Below the pieces are notes generated by a model, which saw only the letters and a list, made by a program, of their open reading frames with translations, had not been told where the DNA came from and ran no database searches. Made by a program: the position numbers and the translations under genes. Of a stretch of 11,682 nt of DNA, positions 1 to 5,811 are shown in pieces (position 1 is the stretch's first letter; each line of letters starts with the position of its first letter). The stretch is from a virus. The stretch lies in UHGV virus genome UHGV-0087143. One strand, 5' to 3'.

Positions 1-219
1 CTGATCCTGATCGTCTTGCCTTATTGAATATGATTGCTATTTGCATTTAAAATCGAGACCTGGTTTTTCTACTGAAATGATTATGACTTCAATGACCCTT
101 GAATGAAGTCTATTCGGTTTTCTTTAGATGTTCGCCTCACATAATCTTCAAGTGATGTTCCTTACATCTCCCTAGAGCGTTAAGATAGTTAACTGATTGA
201 GTTTTCAGGGTATGAAAGG

Positions 220-885
220 ATGAGCAACACTACCGACATCTTAAGCACGATAGCTGATATCACTATGGCTGGTACTGCTGTATGGGCTGCATTCAAAGCT
301 AATGATTGGTTTAAAACCAAGCGTCTTGAGAGTGCTGAAAACTTCTATAAAGAAGTACACAATCTCCATAAACGTTACTATTCAGCTATCCAATACGTTG
401 AGGATTCAAGAAGAATATTTGATAGTCAGTATGGGTTGCATTCGCCAATATCTGAACCTAAAGACAAGTCATTGCAATGGGGGGTTAAATCGAACTCTTA
501 CAAAATCATCGCTGAACTAGATTATCTGGCATCGTCACTACAAATGATGGATGCAATGGGTAACAAACTTAGCCCTAAATCGGCTTCACTGGTTAATGAT
601 ATGATGGAAGCACATGGACGATTCTGTAATGATGTGATGAACTTCAATGACTCAGTTTGGAAGGTTATAAGGGCAGGTATAACTGAAGAGAACATCCCAC
701 ATACGCGAGGCTATGTGAACGGCGATTACATGACTATCCTTACCAGTATGGATGAACCTGTAAGAATATCTTTTAGGTTAAAAGAAATCAGTTTTAAAGA
801 TTTTTACCTGCATGAAACTACTATGCAGTCAGTAATAACGAGGCTGAAATCGCTTATCGCCAGAACAGGTAAAAACAGGACATAA
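220..885 (+). CDS. Hypothetical protein, 221 aa, with N-terminal hydrophobic segment (ILSTIADITMAGTAVWAAF)
   Basis: Long ORF from ATG 220; weak SD-like AGGG 9 nt upstream; no domain recognised by eye. The 302-520 track ORF is nested in another frame and treated as spurious. Confidence 0.6.
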   Translation: MSNTTDILSTIADITMAGTAVWAAFKANDWFKTKRLESAENFYKEVHNLHKRYYSAIQYVEDSRRIFDSQYGLHSPISEPKDKSLQWGVKSNSYKIIAELDYLASSLQMMDAMGNKLSPKSASLVNDMMEAHGRFCNDVMNFNDSVWKVIRAGITEENIPHTRGYVNGDYMTILTSMDEPVRISFRLKEISFKDFYLHETTMQSVITRLKSLIARTGKNRT

Positions 886-897
886 ACAGGTTAGTAC

Positions 898-1015
898 CTA
901 TGCAATTTAAAGGCATTTTCCCAAGTATCTATGCAATCCTACACAGATTCTATGCAGTATCGATATAGTCTCTTTTTAGCGTAACCTATTGAAATATATA
1001 GAGAATCTATGAAGT
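898..1015. repeat. Cluster of four CTATG(C/A)A(A/G)T motifs (898-906, 929-937, 950-958, 1007-1015) plus a diverged ~22-bp direct repeat (965-986, 1011-1032)
   Basis: Read directly: cCTATGCAAT, tCTATGCAAT, tCTATGCAGT, tCTATGAAGT, all same strand; atagtctctttttagcgtaacc vs gaagtctcttttcagggtaaac. Confidence 0.5.
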
Positions 1016-1496
1016 CTCTTTTCAGGGTAAACTGTATCGTGTTAGTCGTCCCTCTCCAGACACTACATACAGTGCTATATACAGGGATATATAACGATAT
1101 ATAGTTGTTTGACCACTACCAATATTCCCTCAAAGTGACTATCAAGCTGCTTAACAGTTTCCCATGTGAAAGTTAGGAGGTGATGGTTATAGTTCCTTCG
1201 TAGTTCCTCTTAAAAAATCACTTGCAGACACCTTAATCTCTATACAGATTTCATGTAGAACACGATTAGTACGTAGAAGAGTCATTATGTTAAAAACACA
1301 CTGTGTTTATATCAGTACTGATTTATAAGGGTTTTGTGTATTGGGTGATAAGAGGCTATACAGCACCTTGAGAGCATGTCTTCTAAGTCATTGACATATA
1401 AGGTCACAGAAGTTTGTGTCTGTTACAGAGAAAACTGGACAGGACTTCACAGAACTATAAAATGTTACAGCTATTGATAGGTGAAATCTTCTTGAT

Positions 1497-1553
1497 AGAT
1501 GCTATGAAGTGTGATGAAGGCTTCTTGAGGTGGAGTTAACAGATGCTATGAAG
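1497..1553. repeat. Two perfect copies of 13-mer AGATGCTATGAAG, 44 bp apart (1497-1509, 1541-1553)
   Basis: Exact 13-bp direct repeat; shares the CTATGAAG core with the 898-1015 cluster. Confidence 0.6.
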
Positions 1554-2028
1554 AAAGTCAATAGTTGGTTATAGATATTTTAACTGCTTTTGCAAAGGGG
1601 GGTGCTATATCGTGAATCTGGGGTACTTAACAGCCATCAATCATGAGGTAGATTAGGGGTTGGTACAAGCCCAACTAACCGAATCAACTGTGTAGATATT
1701 TTTTAAGATTATCGGTGAAGGGGGAATGCAGAGGGGGTACTATGATTTTTATAAAAATTTTCAGAAGCCAAATAACCATTGTACAGATTTTATACAATCC
1801 TACCAAGCCTCATAGTTGATTCGATTAGGTGATTCAGTAATGAATTACTTCATGAAGCTAATCTCATAGAAAGCTCTGTAGCGAGTTTTAACCCCATTTT
1901 TAGGGGTAGTCTATAGGGATGTACCACCCACCTTAAAATAAAGGGGTAAAATCGCTTAGAATGCGTTACAGAGCGTCTGAGAAGCTATATTCACAGATTT
2001 TACTAAAGTCTCAGACTTCTAAGTAGTC

Positions 2029-2338
2029 TTTTTAACAGGAGGGGTTCCCCTATGGTCACATATCCCCTCTCTCGTTTAGTGGCCCTTGATAGCACCCGAT
2101 TAATAACCTAGAGAGTATGCCTGTAAAACTTCTGTATCAGGTCAACTATAAGAGGTCTGGATATTACCTTGTAAGATTCCTGGTAGTGATTATGCAGAGG
2201 GCTTGATAAGAGTGTTTAACGGGAGGAAGAGATATCTTTTTAACAGGAGGGTTCTTTCTCATGTATCACCCTCTCTTCCCGCTAAGTAAGCTACACAGAC
2301 CTAGAGAACATGCCTTCACAGCATCTATATCAGGTCAG
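2029..2338. repeat. Two diverged ~100-115-bp modules (about 2029-2145 and 2237-2338), each beginning TTTTTAACAGGAGGG
   Basis: Shared blocks in the same order: TTTTTAACAGGAGGG, CCCTCTCT(C)..TTAG, CCTAGAGA(G/A)(T/C)ATGCCT, TCT(G/A)TATCAGGTCA. Related CTCT(C)TCCCG(C/T)T(A/T)AG boxes recur at about 2727-2740 and 2910-2923. Confidence 0.6.
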
Positions 2339-2425
2339 ATTTAGAGGGTTTTGATAGAGTCTGTAAAGGTACTTGACAGGTAACTATGAAGTTGCTAGGA
2401 AGAGCTGTTTAACGGGAGGAAGAGA
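2213..2425. repeat. Perfect 20-bp direct repeat TGTTTAACGGGAGGAAGAGA (2213-2232 and 2406-2425)
   Basis: Exact match read in sequence; a related GTTTAACGGGGG lies at 3239-3250. Confidence 0.8.
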
Positions 2426-2847
2426 ACCATGAAACCGAAGGTAGGTTCTGTCTTAACAGTGAAGTCTTAAGAAATGTCTTGAGAGTTACCTAAACAAGCC
2501 TCTTAAGTAAAAGACAACACTCCAGAAAGAGTGTCTGTTTAACAAACTTCTCAAAAGCTCTTAAAAAGTCTGTTAAGAGAGGGCTATGTGAACATATCAT
2601 ACCATTTTGTCAATGCTTTTGTCTTTGACCTAAATCAATAAAATGTATCGTTTGATATGGTTTTAAGCAAGACGGCTAAAAAAATCTTTTTAGAGGGGCG
2701 CTTCGCTTGGGGTCACTATGTTCTTTCTCTCCCGTTAAGAGGGAAGTTACAGGGACATTTCAAAGCCCTGATAAGGTAAGCCCGATGATAACAGAAACAG
2801 AGGGCAAAACCACTTATCAACACTGTGAACGAATAACGTAAAGGGCT

Positions 2848-2884
2848 GGTTAAGAAGGTCGGTTAAGAAGGTCGGTTAAGAAGG
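2848..2884. repeat. Tandem array, about 2.8 copies of 13-bp unit GGTTAAGAAGGTC
   Basis: Copies at 2848-2860 and 2861-2873, partial copy 2874-2884; related TTAAGA(A/G)GG boxes at about 2464, 2570, 2735 and 2932. Confidence 0.8.
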
Positions 2885-2950
2885 GAGCTTCCCTTTCTTG
2901 GGTGTCGCTCTTCTCCCGCTTAGTGGATAGCTAAGAAGGCTTGAAGTTAT

Positions 2951-3126
2951 CTGTGAAGGTACTGGACAGTCTTATATATTGGGTGATTACAACTCGTTGA
3001 AAAATAAGTATTTTTAGAAATCACTGTTAAGGTTACAGAGTCAACTGTGAAGAGACTTGTCAGTTCTCTATATTGGGTGATTACAACTTATTGAAAAGTA
3101 AGAACTTTTAGAAATTACTGTCAGAG
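2951..3126. repeat. Two copies of a ~82-bp direct repeat (2951-3032 and 3045-3126), period 94 bp
   Basis: Identical 20-mer core TATATTGGGTGATTACAACT at 2975-2994 and 3069-3088 with ~85% identical flanks; partial third copy TATTGGGTGAT at 1339-1349; CTGTRAAGGTACTTGACAG-like heads also at 2361-2379. Confidence 0.8.
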
Positions 3127-3240
3127 AGGTGAATACTTGATAGATACAGCTTTCCGGTTCTGTCAAGCTATTTTTTAATAGATAGCACAAAATGCTAAAG
3201 ATACCCCTATACCATCTCGTACAGGGGGGGTTGAAGGAGT

Positions 3241-3429
3241 TTAACGGGGGTCTGTGTGGTTATCTGTTCTGGTCCTGTCCTTGAGGTCAAACGACCATTC
3301 ACGACCAAACAATCTGAACACGATAAACACTCTGACGATGAAATAGCGAAGTAGTAAGCCTGCAATCAGCCCAACACCTCCACCAGCCCATACATCAGGT
3401 GACCCCAGCTCAGGAGGGAGATTTACCAT
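3241..3429 (-). CDS. Small predicted membrane protein, 62 aa (one hydrophobic helix GGGVGLIAGLLLRYFIVRVFIVF, charged C-terminus)
   Basis: Track ORF on minus strand, divergent from the 3633 gene; weak SD GAAGG upstream; candidate promoter upstream. Could still be a chance ORF. Confidence 0.3.
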   Translation of the reverse strand: MVNLPPELGSPDVWAGGGVGLIAGLLLRYFIVRVFIVFRLFGREWSFDLKDRTRTDNHTDPR

Positions 3430-3514
3430 TCAATGTACCTTCTGTGTGCAATGCAAAAAAACATGTGACCATTCTCGATAGCCACGCTTCATATTTTCCC
3501 TCTCCCATAAACCC

Positions 3515-3544
3515 ATTATACCATAAATGTTAATAAATTGTTAA
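3515..3544 (-). promoter_or_regulatory. Candidate sigma70-type promoter (minus strand): TTAACA, 18-nt spacer, extended -10 TGGTATAAT
   Basis: Minus-strand -10 TATAAT is the complement of 3515-3520, TG of the extended -10 at 3522-3523, -35 TTAACA is the complement of 3539-3544. Confidence 0.4.
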
Positions 3545-3551
3545 AAAATAC

Positions 3552-3580
3552 TTGACATTAGTCTTTGAAACTGCTAGTAT
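3552..3580 (+). promoter_or_regulatory. Candidate sigma70-type promoter (plus strand): TTGACA, 17-nt spacer, TAGTAT
   Basis: TTGACA at 3552-3557 and TAGTAT at 3575-3580 with exact 17-bp spacing, ~50 nt upstream of the 3633 start codon. Confidence 0.5.
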
Positions 3581-3632
3581 TGTATATATAGTTAACAGGA
3601 AATTAACAAACACTAAGAGGGTCAGAATATGA

Positions 3633-4187
3633 ATGCAGGATTCAGAATTTAGAGCGATGCTTCAGGCATCAAGAGAACGCAACAAGCACAACTCCTACGC
3701 TTACACAGACACCCCCACCAGCTACGAAGTACCAGCCTTTTCCAAAACCGAACGTAAAAACATTGAAGCGGTCATTCGTAGCATTACGCCACGAGACAGA
3801 TTTATGCCAGTACGCAAAGAAAAAGAGAATACTTTAAAAACTTTCTTGATGAGCTTTGATTCTTACGAGCAACTACCATCAAAAATTGAAGATGTAATTA
3901 TCGGTACTTGTCGCAGTCTTGGAAGAGATAATTATCACCGGAAGGTTTTTTATTTACTGCGAAGTCTTGATGAGATTAGTTCAAGCACAGTGACGAGCCA
4001 TCTTCAAAGACAAGCAACCAGACTTAGCTACGAATTACCAAGTGATAAATATTGCGCTAACTTAGCCACTATTTGCATGAAAGTTATTGAGACAATTAAT
4101 CATCATGCGGAAGTTGGAAATATCAGCCTTACAACCAGTGAACCAGACTTTGAATTTGACGTATACGCACAAGCAGAGGAATTTTAA
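3633..4187 (+). CDS. Hypothetical protein, 184 aa, first gene of a rightward operon
   Basis: ORF with SD AAGAGG (3615-3620) upstream of ATG 3633; no domain recognised. The antisense track ORF 4062-4442 is treated as spurious. Confidence 0.65.
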   Translation: MQDSEFRAMLQASRERNKHNSYAYTDTPTSYEVPAFSKTERKNIEAVIRSITPRDRFMPVRKEKENTLKTFLMSFDSYEQLPSKIEDVIIGTCRSLGRDNYHRKVFYLLRSLDEISSSTVTSHLQRQATRLSYELPSDKYCANLATICMKVIETINHHAEVGNISLTTSEPDFEFDVYAQAEEF

Positions 4188-4188
4188 A

Positions 4189-4476
4189 ATGGAAAATAAA
4201 CACACACTAACCAGAGTTACAAAGACAGCCTTTGAAGAACTTAACCGAATCAAAAACATTACAGGTCTGCCACACTCAGCAGTGATGAAGCTTGCAATTA
4301 ACCGTGATATTAACGAACAAGATTTGCTTAATAGTCGCTTAGAGGCTGCAAGACACCATATCAGGATTAAGCAAGATGACCTTGATAGTCTGAAATCTTT
4401 AAATGCTTTTGGACTGGATTTAGCAAGGTTGCTAAGCATCAAAATTCACAAGTTAAAGTTAGAGATGGAGGTTTAA
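4189..4476 (+). CDS. Small putative DNA-binding protein, 95 aa, ribbon-helix-helix-like N-terminus plus C-terminal coiled coil
   Basis: Start chosen at ATG 4189 (GAGGA SD 8 nt upstream, directly after the upstream stop) instead of the overlapping in-frame track start 4087; N-terminal TRVTKTAFEELNRIKNITGLPHSAVMKLAI resembles a strand-helix-helix fold. Motif-level only. Confidence 0.5.
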   Translation: MENKHTLTRVTKTAFEELNRIKNITGLPHSAVMKLAINRDINEQDLLNSRLEAARHHIRIKQDDLDSLKSLNAFGLDLARLLSIKIHKLKLEMEV

Positions 4477-4862
4477 TGTATGACTTTTATAAACATCGTG
4501 ACCATTTGGTAAGATTTGACGGTAAAGTCTGGAAAGACGTAACACAAACCAATAAACCCAAGTTTACCCACCAGCAATTAGCCTCAAGATTTGATATCTG
4601 GACTGAAGCACAAAAAGATAATGGTGATTTCGAGTTTATCAGGGGTTTTGATTATGCTTACGAAGACGACCTTAAAGACGCCATTAAATTAATTGAGAAT
4701 TTCAACTCTATTAAAAATGGTGACAAGCACAAAGCCAATGGCAACAGATACGATAAAGATTTAATCATTGATGCAATCACCAAAGGACAATCACAAAGTT
4801 ATATTTCTGAGAAATACGGTTTATCACGCAGTCAATACTACAAGATTAAAGCGTCTGTGTAA
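4476..4862 (+). CDS. Putative helix-turn-helix DNA-binding protein, 128 aa
   Basis: Start ATG overlaps upstream stop (TAATG, translational coupling); C-terminal IDAITKGQSQSYISEKYGLSRSQYYKIK looks like a resolvase/sigma-region-4-type HTH. Confidence 0.6.
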   Translation: MYDFYKHRDHLVRFDGKVWKDVTQTNKPKFTHQQLASRFDIWTEAQKDNGDFEFIRGFDYAYEDDLKDAIKLIENFNSIKNGDKHKANGNRYDKDLIIDAITKGQSQSYISEKYGLSRSQYYKIKASV

Positions 4863-5000
4863 GCCTGTGAGAATGAGTGAGACTCAAAGATGAGCTACCC
4901 TATTACTAAGGTGTCTCACTCCCTCTGTAACCCGCATGGTTACTGGCCTCAGAATGGCTATTTTGGCAGATTTAAGATGTGTTTTTAGAGGATTTTAAAA

Positions 5001-5324
5001 ATGAACAATTACCCGCTACAGATTTTCGTTGATAGCGACACCGCTCTGATGATTCAGGCTTTCAGTGATTCCGGTGTATCAATTGACTTTGACAGGCTGT
5101 TAAGGCTAATGGCTAATAACTCAGAAACAATTGAAGATTTTATTCAGTCGGTGGAGTTTAACGAGCCTCGAATGATGCTACCAATTAAAGACAGCAACAT
5201 GAAAAGATTGGTTATCGAGCAAACGAACAAATACAGCGTTAGCCCTGAAAGATATCTCAAGGCAGCTATAGCAATTTTGTACGCTGACAATATTTTGGTG
5301 ACGGATTCGAAGGTGGTGCATTAA
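5001..5324 (+). CDS. Hypothetical protein, 107 aa
   Basis: ORF from ATG 5001; no domain recognised. Confidence 0.55.
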   Translation: MNNYPLQIFVDSDTALMIQAFSDSGVSIDFDRLLRLMANNSETIEDFIQSVEFNEPRMMLPIKDSNMKRLVIEQTNKYSVSPERYLKAAIAILYADNILVTDSKVVH

Positions 5325-5389
5325 TGGAATTGGTGATTATCTGTTTTGTATTGATTGGTATGATTGCAGGTGCATCTATTAAAGTATAA
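5324..5389 (+). CDS. Possible 21-aa hydrophobic peptide (MELVIICFVLIGMIAGASIKV)
   Basis: ATG overlaps stop of the 107-aa gene (TAATG); strong SD GAAGGTGG 7 nt upstream; entirely hydrophobic. Below the track length cut-off; speculative. Confidence 0.25.
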   Translation: MELVIICFVLIGMIAGASIKV

Positions 5390-5454
5390 ATGTTACCAAT
5401 CTGTTAAAAAGCTGTTGACAAATAACCTTAAGCATGACATAATTTTAATTATGG

Positions 5455-5481
5455 GAGAGTAATTCTCTCTTATATTTTTTT
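5455..5481 (+). terminator. Candidate rho-independent terminator for the 3633-5389 operon
   Basis: Stem GAGAG/CTCTC (5455-5459 / 5465-5469), loop TAATT, followed by TATATTTTTTT. Confidence 0.4.
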
Positions 5482-5659
5482 CAATAATCCGATGGATGGA
5501 TGGATATTCTGAGTTGGTGAGGTATGTTCTATACCGAACATTCTGAAAGGTGCAATGCTTTTCGCTACATGGCCTCTTATATAACCTGAGAGGTCATCTC
5601 GAAAAGTACTCTTGTTCATTCGTTTGAATCCTTCAGAAGTTTTAATTTCTTCACCTTAT

Positions 5660-5702
5660 GAATAGCCCTTTATAAGAAATTATCTAGGGCTATTCAGTTT
5701 TT
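5660..5702 (+). terminator. Candidate stem-loop/terminator: 10-bp stem GAATAGCCCT / AGGGCTATTC, 16-nt loop, then AGTTTTT
   Basis: Perfect 10-bp inverted repeat at 5660-5669 and 5686-5695; T-run only on the plus strand. Confidence 0.35.
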
Positions 5703-5776
5703 AAAAAGCATACTTGGCAAACCGCCTTTTAAGCCTCTTCTAAGTTCGAGGATGTCAGGTGTGCTTTTTAAAAACT
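5696..5776. promoter_or_regulatory. Perfect 15-bp inverted repeat pair AGTTTTTAAAAAGCA (5696-5710) / TGCTTTTTAAAAACT (5762-5776), 51 bp apart; operator-like
   Basis: Exact reverse complements; each contains the palindrome TTTTTAAAAA; ends 36 bp upstream of the 5812 start codon. Confidence 0.4.
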
Positions 5777-5811
5777 GAAACATAAATTATCTTAGAAGAG
5801 GAAAGGTATTA

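Noticed and set aside
302-520. 72-aa plus-strand track ORF
   Set aside because: Entirely nested in another frame of the longer 220-885 ORF; no independent start signals.
1311-1322. Perfect 12-bp palindrome ATCAGTACTGAT
   Set aside because: A perfect 12-bp palindrome is expected a few times by chance in 11.7 kb of AT-rich DNA, and it has no notable context.
886-3240. CRISPR array
   Set aside because: The repeats belong to several unrelated families, are mostly imperfect, and have irregular lengths (13 to ~110 bp) and spacing; nothing resembles identical 28-37-bp repeats with uniform unique spacers.
886-3240. tRNA or tmRNA gene
   Set aside because: No GTTCRANTC-like T-loop box or cloverleaf-compatible arrangement seen by eye; a tRNAscan-type search would be needed to fully exclude it.
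4087-4188. Upstream in-frame extension of the 4189-4476 gene (track start 4087)
   Set aside because: It would overlap the 3' end of the 184-aa gene by 100 nt, whereas ATG 4189 follows the upstream stop directly and has a correctly spaced GAGGA SD.
4062-4442. 126-aa minus-strand track ORF
   Set aside because: Antisense to two well-supported, translationally coupled plus-strand genes; no SD; Leu/Ser-rich composition typical of antisense frames in AT-rich coding DNA.
5415-5443. TTGACA-17-CATAAT as a confident promoter feature
   Set aside because: The hexamers are good, but a terminator-like hairpin starts about 12 bp downstream, so any transcript would be very short; kept as part of the small-RNA locus finding, not as a standalone feature.
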